Source of the DNA: Akkermansia sp.
GTDB lineage: Bacteria > Verrucomicrobiota > Verrucomicrobiia > Verrucomicrobiales > Akkermansiaceae
Direction: 5' to 3'
Assembly (NCBI GenBank): GCA_030531305.1
Contig: JAUNNT010000001.1
Location: 9,830-73,829 of the forward strand
Length of the DNA: 64,000 nt
Shown: positions 1 to 8,843 of the stretch, piece after piece
Layout of the letters: every line of letters starts with the position of its first letter
How positions within the stretch are numbered: position 1 is the stretch's first letter
Position numbers and translations under genes: made by a program
Notes under the pieces: model-generated
Database searches by the model: none
The model's input: the letters and a program-made list of their open reading frames with translations, nothing else
Told to the model about the DNA's origin: nothing

Positions 1-1383
1 GTCCGCGGCGGGCATGCGGCAGGGCAGGGCGTCGCCGTCGGATTCACCGCCCAGCCAGGCGCGCTCGGCCATGGCGAGCATGCCGGGCCACTGCGCGCTG
101 TGGCGGGCGATGTTGCGCTTGTCGTCCACGCGGGTGTCCGGCCAGTTGCAGATCATCGGCCCAAGCTTCTTCTCGTCGCCGCGGGTGCTGCCGCACGGGC
201 GCATGAAGAAGTAGCGGCGCACCAGCAGCGCGGGGTCGAACAGGTTGGTGTAGCCCATGGTGGAATCGAAGCTGCGGCACACCACAGTCTCCGGCTTCAG
301 GGACTTCTCCACCATCTCGCCGCCCTCGCCCCAGCGCTGGCAGATGGAGTCCTCGCCCACGGGTAAATCCCGCGGGCCGCCCCACTGGGCGGGAATGCGG
401 CCGCGCGCGATGAGGAAGTCGCTCATGCGCTTCACGAATTCCTTGGCGTTGGGGATGCGCACCTCGTCCGCGCCCAGGTGGACGATGGGGCACATCTCCT
501 TGGGCACCTCCTTGCAGAATTCATCCAGCAGCTCCTCCAGTATCTTCATGCCTTCCTCGGTGTGCATCTTGAACCCGAAGCAGCGGTCGAAGTACGAGCT
601 GTGTCCCGGCATGTCCAGCTCCGGGATGATTTGGATGTTGCGGTCCGCCGCGTACTGGAACAGGTCGCGTATCTGCGCGTAGGTGTAGGTGTCGTTCACG
701 TCGCGCGTGCGCTTGGACGGGTCGTTGAGCACGGGGCGGCACTTGCACTGCACATGCCACGCCGGGTGGTCCGTGAGGTGCCATTGGAAGTGGTTCACCT
801 TAAAGCGCGCAGCCAGGTCGAGCTGGTGCTTCAGGCTGTCGATGGTCTGGAAGTTGCGCCCGCAGTCGTGCATGAACCCGCGCATGGCGAACGCCGGCCA
901 GTCCACGATCTCGCAGCAGGTCAGCCCCTTCTTGTCGCCCGCCACCATCTGCCGCAGCGTTTGGATGCCGTTGAACAGGCCCGCCTCCCGCGCGGCGGCA
1001 ATCTGCACGCCCTTGGCGGTGACCTTCATCCTGTAGCCCTCCGCAGCGTTCTCCGGCGCCGTGGCGGCGGAATCAATCTTGAGGATCACCTTCAGCGCCG
1101 GGGCGTCCGCCGAGCCGCGCGTCTTCACATCCCCCGCCAACCCCGCCATGGCGGTGCGCACCATGCGCCCCTTGGTGTCGCCGTGGGCATCCAGCGCTTT
1201 GCCGAACGCCAGGTTGCCCTGTTTCCACTCCACCTTCTGCGGGAAGGGCAGGAGGTTGCACGGGGCCTGAATCTCCGCCTGTTCGGGGATGGGGGACACC
1301 CATTCGGCGCGCGCCTGTGGCATCCAGGCCGCCAGTCCGCATGCCGCCAGCATGCTCATCGCTATCTTTCCGGCTTTCGTCAT
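1..1383 (-). CDS. Beta-N-acetylhexosaminidase, GH20 family (3' part runs off the window)
   Basis: Manual translation from ATG at 1383: signal-like N-terminus, then NLLPFPQKVEW, EGYRMKV..GLFNGIQTL, IVDWPAFAMRGFMHDCGRNF, FQWHLTD, matching GH20b + GH20 catalytic domains. Absent from the ORF track because there is no stop inside the window. Confidence 0.9.
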   Translation of the reverse strand, partial: MTKAGKIAMSMLAACGLAAWMPQARAEWVSPIPEQAEIQAPCNLLPFPQKVEWKQGNLAFGKALDAHGDTKGRMVRTAMAGLAGDVKTRGSADAPALKVILKIDSAATAPENAAEGYRMKVTAKGVQIAAAREAGLFNGIQTLRQMVAGDKKGLTCCEIVDWPAFAMRGFMHDCGRNFQTIDSLKHQLDLAARFKVNHFQWHLTDHPAWHVQCKCRPVLNDPSKRTRDVNDTYTYAQIRDLFQYAADRNIQIIPELDMPGHSSYFDRCFGFKMHTEEGMKILEELLDEFCKEVPKEMCPIVHLGADEVRIPNAKEFVKRMSDFLIARGRIPAQWGGPRDLPVGEDSICQRWGEGGEMVEKSLKPETVVCRSFDSTMGYTNLFDPALLVRRYFFMRPCGSTRGDEKKLGPMICNWPDTRVDDKRNIARHSAQWPGMLAMAERAWLGGESDGDALPCRMPAAD

Positions 1384-1475
1384 ACGCGCCCTAGCCTAAT
1401 GCATTTTCCCGTGCTTCGCAAGCACGTTTTGTTCTTTCCTACTACGCGTTCCCGTGGTATGGTGGGGGCATAGAC

Positions 1476-3266
1476 GTGGCAGAGGATGCAGAACAGAAAA
1501 TCCGCCTGATGGATGACGTGCTGGCGAGCCAGGTGGCCGCCGGAGAGGTGGTGGAGCGTCCCGCCTCCGTGGTCAAGGAGCTGGTGGAGAACAGCATCGA
1601 CGCCGGAGCCCGCTGCATCCGCGTGGAAATCAGCCGCGGCGGCATCTCCCGCCTCAGGGTGGTGGATGACGGCTGCGGCATGGGCCGCGCGGACGCGGAG
1701 ATGTGCCTGCTGCGCCACGCCACCAGCAAGCTGCTGGATGCGGCGGGCCTGTTCGACATCCGCCACCTCGGCTTCCGCGGGGAGGCCCTGCCCAGCATCG
1801 CGTCCGTGGCGCACATCGACATCACCACGCGCCGCGCGGAGGATGTGGAGGGCACGCGCGTGACCTGCGACGGCGGAGAGATGGAGCCGCCCATGAGCGC
1901 AGGCTGCGCCCCAGGCACGGAAATCTGCGTCACGAACCTCTTCTTCAACACCCCCGTGCGCCGCAAGTTCCTCAAGAGCGACGAGACGGAGGCCGGGCAC
2001 GTGGAGCACCAGGTGAAGCTGCATGCCCTCGCGTTCCCCAACATACGGTTCGTCTTCTCCAAGGAGGGGCAGGGCGTGTTCGACGTCCCCGCCACGCACG
2101 ACCTGCGCCGCCGCATTGCCGACTTCATCGGCCGCGAGCAGGCCGCGCGCCTGATGCGCATGCGGCCCACGGAGGCCCCCGGCGTGCGCGTGCACGGTTT
2201 CCTCATGCCGATGGCCGCCGCCAACCGCAACCGCCGCATGCAGTTCATCTTCCTCAACGGCAGGCCCATCGACGACCCCATCGTGATGCGCGCGGTGAAG
2301 GACGGCTTCGGCGGCTTCCCCACGGGGCTGCATCCCGGCCTGTTCCTGTATCTGGAGGTGGACCCCGCGCTGGTGGACGTGAACGTGCATCCCGCCAAGC
2401 GGGAGGTGCGCTTCCGCCGCCCGTCGGAAATCACGCTCGCGGTCACGGATGCCGTGGCCGCCACCCTCGCCGCCCACGCCCGCGGGGAGAGCGACACCGA
2501 GGCCCCCGCCCCCGCGCCGCAGGCACAGACGCCGCCCGCGGGCGCCCCGCGCACTCCGTTCCAGCTGCGTCCCGTGCTGGAGCCCAGCCAGGAGGAGCTG
2601 CCCCTGCCGCCCGCTCCCAAGCCGCAGCCCGCGGATGCCCCCGCGGATTCCCCCTCCGCCCCCGTGCCGCAAGAGGATGAGCCCGATCTGCCGAATTTCC
2701 GCCACATCGGCACCCTGCACAACACCTATCCCGTCTTTGAGAACAGCGAGGGCCTGGTGCTGCTCGCCCCTCGCGCCGCGCGCGAACGCATCATCTTCGA
2801 GCGCCTGCTGGCGGGCAACAAGCACCCGCTGGCCTCCCAGCGCCTCCTGGTGCCGGAGATTCTGGAGATGGACGCGCGCGACATGGGCATTGCGCTGGAG
2901 GTGAAGACCCAAATGGAGCAGGCGGGCTTCCTCATTTCACTGTTCGGGCGCAACACGCTGCGCGTGGAGGCTGTGCCGGCGTTCCTGCCGTTGCGCCGCG
3001 TGGCGGCTTTCGTGCAGGAGCTGCTGCAGCTCTTCACCCGCGGGGAAGTGCGCCTCAACCGCTCCCGCTCGCCCTTCGAGCCATTCGCCATGCAGCTGGC
3101 GCGCCAATACGCGCGGCAGGAGGACATCGAGCCCCTGCTGCAGCGTCCGCTCCCCCTGCTGGCGGAGCTGCTGCGCTGCGAAATCCCCTACTGCACCCCC
3201 ACCGGCAAGCCCACGCTCCTGCCCTTCGCCATGAGCGAGATCAACCGCAAATTCCAAGCCCAGTAA
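1476..3266 (+). CDS. mutL: DNA mismatch repair protein MutL
   Basis: GHKL motifs VKELVENSIDAG, DDGCGM, HATSK, GFRGEALPSIA; C-terminal dimerisation domain with QRLLVP clamp-binding motif. Confidence 0.95.
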   Translation: MAEDAEQKIRLMDDVLASQVAAGEVVERPASVVKELVENSIDAGARCIRVEISRGGISRLRVVDDGCGMGRADAEMCLLRHATSKLLDAAGLFDIRHLGFRGEALPSIASVAHIDITTRRAEDVEGTRVTCDGGEMEPPMSAGCAPGTEICVTNLFFNTPVRRKFLKSDETEAGHVEHQVKLHALAFPNIRFVFSKEGQGVFDVPATHDLRRRIADFIGREQAARLMRMRPTEAPGVRVHGFLMPMAAANRNRRMQFIFLNGRPIDDPIVMRAVKDGFGGFPTGLHPGLFLYLEVDPALVDVNVHPAKREVRFRRPSEITLAVTDAVAATLAAHARGESDTEAPAPAPQAQTPPAGAPRTPFQLRPVLEPSQEELPLPPAPKPQPADAPADSPSAPVPQEDEPDLPNFRHIGTLHNTYPVFENSEGLVLLAPRAARERIIFERLLAGNKHPLASQRLLVPEILEMDARDMGIALEVKTQMEQAGFLISLFGRNTLRVEAVPAFLPLRRVAAFVQELLQLFTRGEVRLNRSRSPFEPFAMQLARQYARQEDIEPLLQRPLPLLAELLRCEIPYCTPTGKPTLLPFAMSEINRKFQAQ

Positions 3267-3269
3267 CCT

Positions 3270-3773
3270 ATGAAAGAATCCCTTTATTCCGGTAAGTTCC
3301 TCAACCTGGCCAGGGAGGGCCGCTGGGAATTCTGCGAGCGCGTCAACGATACCCGCGCCGCCATGATTTTCGCCTGCACGCCCGACAACAAGGTCCTGCT
3401 GGTGGAGGAATTCCGCCCGCCCGTCGGCGCACGCTGCCTCTGCTTCCCCGCCGGGTTGGTGGGCGATGTCGCCCCCGAATCCGCCGCTGCCGCCGCCACA
3501 CGCGAGCTGGAGGAGGAGACCGGCTACACCGCCGCCGACATGCAATTCCTCTTCTCCGGCCCCAGCTCCCCCGGCCTCACCTCGGAGATGCTCTCCTTCT
3601 TCCTCGCCACCGGTCTCTCCCGCGTCTCCCAGGGCGGCGGCGTGGACGGCGAGAACATCACCGTCCACGAGGTCCCCATGGACTCCATCGACTCCTGGCT
3701 TGCCCAAAAGGATGCCGAAGGCGTCCTCATTGATGCCCGCATCTACGCCGGCCTCTACTTCCTCCGCCGCTAA
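3270..3773 (+). CDS. NUDIX hydrolase (ADP-ribose pyrophosphatase-like)
   Basis: Nudix box FPAGLVG...ATRELEEETGY; EFRPP motif upstream. Confidence 0.9.
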   Translation: MKESLYSGKFLNLAREGRWEFCERVNDTRAAMIFACTPDNKVLLVEEFRPPVGARCLCFPAGLVGDVAPESAAAAATRELEEETGYTAADMQFLFSGPSSPGLTSEMLSFFLATGLSRVSQGGGVDGENITVHEVPMDSIDSWLAQKDAEGVLIDARIYAGLYFLRR

Positions 3774-3825
3774 CGCGCGGGGCTTTTCCTTGCCATTGTG
3801 TTGGGGGCGTGGTAGGATGTGGGGC

Positions 3826-4818
3826 ATGATGAACCTGCCGATACGCCCGCGCCGGAACCGCAAGAGCGAGGTGGTGCGCGGTCTCATGCGCGAAAGCTCG
3901 CTGACCGCCTCCCACCTCATCTACCCCATGTTCGTACAGGAGGGGGATGCGGACACGCCCATCGAGTCGCTTCCGGGCTGCACGCGCTGGAGCGTGAAGG
4001 GGATTGTGGGGGAATGCCGGCGCCTGCTGGAGCTGGGCATCGGCTGCATCGATTTGTTCGCCGTGGTGCCGGAGGGCAGGAAGGACCCGCAGGGTAGCGA
4101 GGCCTGGAACCCCGAGGGCGTGGTGCCCCGCGCCATCCGCGCCATTAAAGAGGCCACCCCGCAGATGTGCGTGATGACCGATGTGGCGCTCGACCCCTTC
4201 AACACCTACGGCCAGGACGGCATTGTGCGCGAGTTCCCCGGCGGCGGGTATGAAATCCTGAACGACGAGACCGTGGAGGCCCTGGTGAAGCAGGCGCTCT
4301 GCCACGCCAGGGCGGGGGCGGACATCATCTCGCCCAGCGACATGATGGACGGCCGCATTGCCGCGCTCCGCGCCGCGCTGGATGCAGAGGGCTTTGCCTC
4401 CGTCTCCCTCATGAGCTACACCGCCAAGTACGCCTCCGCCCTGTACGGACCGTTCCGCGGCGCGCTGGGCAGCGCTCCCAAGTTCGGCGACAAGAAGACC
4501 TACCAGATGGACCCCGGCAACATCCGCGAGGCCATGCGCGAGGCCGAGCTTGACGCCGCGGAGGGCGCGGATTTCCTCATGGTGAAGCCCGCCACGCTGT
4601 ACCTTGACGTGATAGCGGAGATGCGCCGCCGCACCAGCCTGCCGATTGCGGCGTACCACGTGAGCGGGGAGTACCTGATGGTGAAGGCCGCCGCCAAATC
4701 CGGCTGGCTGGACGAGCGCGCCGCCATGATGGAGTCCTTGCTGAGCATCCGCCGCGCCGGGGCCGACATGATTCTCACCTACGCCGCGCCCGACGTGGCG
4801 CGCTGGCTCGCCGAGTAA
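3826..4818 (+). CDS. hemB: Porphobilinogen synthase (ALA dehydratase), Asp-rich Mg-type
   Basis: RPRRNR, DVALDPF, SPSDMMDGRI, MSYTAKYASALYGPFR, YQMDP, MVKP, AYHVSGEY. Start set at ATG 3826, just after the promoter. Confidence 0.95.
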   Translation: MMNLPIRPRRNRKSEVVRGLMRESSLTASHLIYPMFVQEGDADTPIESLPGCTRWSVKGIVGECRRLLELGIGCIDLFAVVPEGRKDPQGSEAWNPEGVVPRAIRAIKEATPQMCVMTDVALDPFNTYGQDGIVREFPGGGYEILNDETVEALVKQALCHARAGADIISPSDMMDGRIAALRAALDAEGFASVSLMSYTAKYASALYGPFRGALGSAPKFGDKKTYQMDPGNIREAMREAELDAAEGADFLMVKPATLYLDVIAEMRRRTSLPIAAYHVSGEYLMVKAAAKSGWLDERAAMMESLLSIRRAGADMILTYAAPDVARWLAE

Positions 4819-4823
4819 ACCCG

Positions 4824-5840
4824 ATGATCAAGGACAACACAGGCGGCCGCAAGGGCATGCGCGGGGACGGCCTGCTGGGGCTGCTGCTGGTGGTGGTCCT
4901 GGTCTTCGTCTTCCACTATTGGGGAGATGCAAAGGACGACGATGTCCAGCCCGAGCAGCCTGTGTCGCTTCAGCATGAAGAGCAGCCGCAAAACACCCCT
5001 TCATGGGAAATCCCGGAAACGGGACCCGCGGTCCGCTTCCTCATGCAGAACGTGGAGAACTACTTTGTAGAGGGCGAGCGCACCCGCAGCCGATACGTCA
5101 GCACTCCCAAGCCCGTCGCCGCCCGCGACGCCGTGGCCAAGGGTATCGCCGTCCAGGCGCCGGACATCATCGGCCTGGTGGAGGTGGGCGGCGAGGTGTC
5201 GCTCAACGACCTCCGCACCCGCCTGTCCAAGTTGGGGCGCGAGTACCCCTACCACCGCGTGCTGGAGCGCGAGGGCGAGGAACGCGCGCTCGCCGTGCTC
5301 TCCCGCCATCCCATCGTGCAGGACCGCTCCACCGCGGACTACCCGCTCTACGGCGAGCAGAACCGCAAGATGCTGCGCGGTATTCTGGACGTGGTGGTGA
5401 AGGCTCCCGACGGCCGCCTGTTCCGCATCATCGGCGCGCATTTGAAATCGCATGTGGCGGATGACGCCGCCGCGGCGGACAGCCTGCGCCAGCGGGAGGC
5501 CATCACCCTCTCCATGTACCTCCAGAAAATCGCCCGCGAGCAGCCGGGTATTCCCACCCTCGTGTACGGCGACTGGAACGACGGCCCCGGCACGCCCGCC
5601 ATCAGGCAGGTGGAGCAGGGTGTCTCCAAGGATGCCGCCATGCACCGCCTGGAACCCACGGACGCCCGCGGCGAGGGCTGGACCATCTACTACAAGTCCG
5701 GCAGGGAGTACCTGACCTACGACATGATTTTCGTCAACAAGGCGCTGCAGACCCGCATGAAGCGCGCCAAGATGGGCGTGGCCCCGCCCACGCCCAAGCA
5801 CGCCAGCGACCACCGCGCCGTCTGGTGCGAGCTCCACTAA
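4824..5840 (+). CDS. Endonuclease/exonuclease/phosphatase (EEP) family protein with N-terminal membrane anchor
   Basis: QNVENYF, PDIIGLVEV, HLKS, GDWND, SDHRAV motifs; hydrophobic N-terminal segment. Confidence 0.85.
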   Translation: MIKDNTGGRKGMRGDGLLGLLLVVVLVFVFHYWGDAKDDDVQPEQPVSLQHEEQPQNTPSWEIPETGPAVRFLMQNVENYFVEGERTRSRYVSTPKPVAARDAVAKGIAVQAPDIIGLVEVGGEVSLNDLRTRLSKLGREYPYHRVLEREGEERALAVLSRHPIVQDRSTADYPLYGEQNRKMLRGILDVVVKAPDGRLFRIIGAHLKSHVADDAAAADSLRQREAITLSMYLQKIAREQPGIPTLVYGDWNDGPGTPAIRQVEQGVSKDAAMHRLEPTDARGEGWTIYYKSGREYLTYDMIFVNKALQTRMKRAKMGVAPPTPKHASDHRAVWCELH

Positions 5841-5863
5841 CCGTCACTTCGCGCGGGGCTTCG

Positions 5864-8002
5864 TCATCCTGTGACGGCCCGCTCCTCCTCGTCCCGCACC
5901 AGCTCGCGCAGCGGCGCGTGTTCCGGCATGGAAAGCCCGGGGTCGGCGTCCAGGATGGCGTTGGCATCCCTGGTGCCGCGGTGGATGAGGCGGATGTCCG
6001 CCAGCCATTCCGGGAAGCGCACCGCTCCCAGCCCGCTCTGCGCCGTGCCCAGCACGTCGCCGGGGCCGCGGAGTTTGAAATCCTCCTCCGCAATCTCGAA
6101 TCCGTTGTTGGTGCGGCAGAGCACGTTGAGCTTGTCCAGCCGCTCGTCGCCCTTCTTGAGCTTGGAGAGCAGGATGCAGTAGCTCTTGTGCGCGCCGCGG
6201 CCGATGCGCCCGCGCAGCTGGTGCAGCTGGGAGAGGCCGAAGCTGTCCGCATCGTTGATGAGCATGATGGTGGCGTTCGGCACGTCCACGCCCACCTCCA
6301 CCACGGTGGTGGCCACCAGGATGTGCGTTTTGTTGGCGCGGAAGTCGCTCATCACGGCCTCCTTTTCGTCGCCCTGGATGCGGCCGTGCAGCAGACCGAT
6401 GCTCTCGTTCGGGAAAATGGTTTTCCAGTGTTCCAGCTCGGAGACGGCGGCGGCGTGCGCGCGCTTCTCGCTCTCCTCCACCAGGGGGGAGACGATGTAG
6501 ATCTGCCGCCCCGCCTGCAGCTCCGATTCCATGAAGGCGATGATGCGCTTCATGTGCGCGGGGTTGCGCAGGGCGGTCACTATCTCCCCGCGCCCGGCGG
6601 GCATCTCGTCTATCACGGAAACATCCAGGTCCCCGTACAGGGTGAGCGTGAGCGTGCGCGGGATGGGCGTGGCGGTCATCACCAGCACATCCGGCGCCGT
6701 GCCGGCGGAGGAGATGAACCGCTCCCTCTGCTCCACGCCGAACTTGTGCTGCTCGTCCACCACGGCCAGCCCCAGGTTCTGCGGGCGGTTCTTCTTGTAG
6801 AGCAGGGCGTGCGTACCCACCAGCAGCCGCGGCGTGCGGTCCGCCTCCGCCGGGTTGTCCAGCTGCAGGCTCCCCGTGTCGTCCGCGCGGTCGGATGTGC
6901 GCAGCGACACGCGGACATCCGTGTGCGCCAGCAGGCGGCAGAAGTTCTTGTAGTGCTGCTCCGCCAATATCTGCGTGGGCGCGATGAGCGCGGCGGTGTA
7001 CCCGCTGCCGATGCAGTGCAGCATGGCGCAGAGCGCCACCAGGGTCTTGCCGCTGCCCACGTCCCCCTGCAGCAGGCGGTTCATGCGCCGCGGGGATGCC
7101 ATGTCTGCGCGTATCTCCGCCATGCAGCGCTTCTGCGCCTCCGTGGGCGCAAAGGGCAGGGAGGACAGCAGCTCCTGCACGTAGGCGTCGTCCGTGGCGG
7201 TCACCATGCCGCCCTCCTCCCGCGCGCGGCGGCGGCGCCATGCCACGCGGAACTGCTGGGCAAAGCACTCCTGCAGGGCAAAGCGCATGCGCGCCTTCTT
7301 GTGCAGCTCCTCCTCCGCGGGAAAGTGGATATCTTGGAGCGCCTGGCGGTAGGGGTACTTGGGTGCCACGTCGTACCCCTCCGGCGCGAGCTGCGGCGGC
7401 AGCTGCTCCAGCAGCTTCCACACCAGCGTGCGGTAGGCGCGCGGCGGCATGCCCGCCATGCCGCGGTAGATGGGAACGATGCGCCCGGTGTGGATGAGCG
7501 TGGGCTGGCCCGGCGCTTCCGGCGCGGGCAGGCGTGGGCCGCCCATGGCGGCCTGCACGAGCCGTTGCCCGGCGTCCTCCTCCTCCATCTGCTCAAAGTC
7601 CGGGTTCACCATGACGAGCCTGCCGCCGTACTCCTTCACGCGGCCGTAGATGAACAGGTTCATCCCCACCGCCAGCAGCTTCGCCACGTACGGCATGTTG
7701 AACCACCGCAGCGTCAGACGCGCCCCGTGCGGGTCGTCCGCCGCCCCCACGGAAAGCTCGTAGTATTTCTTGTAGGAGAACTTCCACCCCGCCGTGTACA
7801 CATGCACCTGCAGGCACACCGTCTCACCGTTCTGCACGCCCGCCACGTCGCCGCTGCGCCTACGGTCCTCGTAGCGCCGCGGCATCCGCATCAGCACATC
7901 CCCCACCGTCTCCAGTCCCGCCGCCTGCAGCGCCTTCAGCTCCCGCGGCGCCAGCCACGGCAGCGTGCCCAGGGCGTCGCCCTGCTGTACCGGGGCGTTC
8001 AT
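5864..8002 (-). CDS. recG: ATP-dependent DNA helicase RecG
   Basis: PRRYEDR wedge domain, RLLQGDVGSGKT, VVDEQHKFG, MTATPIPRT, LHQLRGRIGRG, DFKLRGPGD. Start is ATG 8002 or TTG 8017. Confidence 0.95.
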   Translation of the reverse strand: MNAPVQQGDALGTLPWLAPRELKALQAAGLETVGDVLMRMPRRYEDRRRSGDVAGVQNGETVCLQVHVYTAGWKFSYKKYYELSVGAADDPHGARLTLRWFNMPYVAKLLAVGMNLFIYGRVKEYGGRLVMVNPDFEQMEEEDAGQRLVQAAMGGPRLPAPEAPGQPTLIHTGRIVPIYRGMAGMPPRAYRTLVWKLLEQLPPQLAPEGYDVAPKYPYRQALQDIHFPAEEELHKKARMRFALQECFAQQFRVAWRRRRAREEGGMVTATDDAYVQELLSSLPFAPTEAQKRCMAEIRADMASPRRMNRLLQGDVGSGKTLVALCAMLHCIGSGYTAALIAPTQILAEQHYKNFCRLLAHTDVRVSLRTSDRADDTGSLQLDNPAEADRTPRLLVGTHALLYKKNRPQNLGLAVVDEQHKFGVEQRERFISSAGTAPDVLVMTATPIPRTLTLTLYGDLDVSVIDEMPAGRGEIVTALRNPAHMKRIIAFMESELQAGRQIYIVSPLVEESEKRAHAAAVSELEHWKTIFPNESIGLLHGRIQGDEKEAVMSDFRANKTHILVATTVVEVGVDVPNATIMLINDADSFGLSQLHQLRGRIGRGAHKSYCILLSKLKKGDERLDKLNVLCRTNNGFEIAEEDFKLRGPGDVLGTAQSGLGAVRFPEWLADIRLIHRGTRDANAILDADPGLSMPEHAPLRELVRDEEERAVTG

Positions 8003-8017
8003 GGTCGGAACAATCAA

Positions 8018-8701
8018 TCAGCGGTTGGGGCGCCCGTTGTTGATGCAACGGTAGTAGTAGTCGATGCGCGAGAGGAACCACGCCCACTTGGGGCCGGGGC
8101 GCCCGTTGGTCATCAGCGGCGCGGGGCAGTTCTTGCGCGTCCAATGGTAGTGAGGCACCACGTGGCGCAGGTTGATGCGGAAGCGCTTCATCAGCACCGC
8201 CGTCAGCTTCGCCGCGCGGTTCCACGTGCGGTAGTGGTTCTGCCCCAGGCTCTCCGCCTCGCACATCTCGATGCCGATGGAGTTGTTGTTGCCGGCCGCG
8301 GTGCCCGCGTGCCAACCCGTCTCGTTGAGCGGCAGGTTCTGCACCACCATGTACTGGTCCGCCGTGAAATGCCAGCTGCGGTTGGAAATGGAACCGTTCG
8401 TCAGCGCGCGCGAATGCTGCAGCGCCGTGGCCGACATGGAGTGGTTCGCCGTGCTGTGGATGGTGATGAACGTGGGCCTCAGGCGCTTCGCCGCGCGGCG
8501 TGGGCGCGACTTGGGCGACATCATGCGAACCTTGATGTTGCACTCCCGCGCCAGGCGCTGCATGGTGCGCGGCACCAGCGTCTGCGTGGCGGGCGTGAAC
8601 TTGTATCCCCGCGGCGTCCGCAGGTACGGGTTCTGTATGCACCCCATCAGCCCCACCAGCGTCAGCGCCGCCACCGTGGCTATCTTTCGCATCCCTAGCA
8701 T
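8018..8701 (-). CDS. N-acetylmuramoyl-L-alanine amidase (Amidase_2), probable lipoprotein
   Basis: ITIHSTAN, SWHFTAD, WHAG, SIGIEMCE, HYHWTRKNCP zinc-amidase motifs; lipobox LMGC. Confidence 0.88.
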   Translation of the reverse strand: MLGMRKIATVAALTLVGLMGCIQNPYLRTPRGYKFTPATQTLVPRTMQRLARECNIKVRMMSPKSRPRRAAKRLRPTFITIHSTANHSMSATALQHSRALTNGSISNRSWHFTADQYMVVQNLPLNETGWHAGTAAGNNNSIGIEMCEAESLGQNHYRTWNRAAKLTAVLMKRFRINLRHVVPHYHWTRKNCPAPLMTNGRPGPKWAWFLSRIDYYYRCINNGRPNR

Positions 8702-8843
8702 GTCCCCCATTCTGCCACGCCAACCCTCCTTTGGCAAGTTTATTCATTAAGAAATCCGAAAGAAATGTATGCATGCGCATGCAGATGGCGCGCTGTCTTG
8801 GTTTCGGCTTGTCGGTGCGGCGCCGCCATGCTAGAATGACTGC

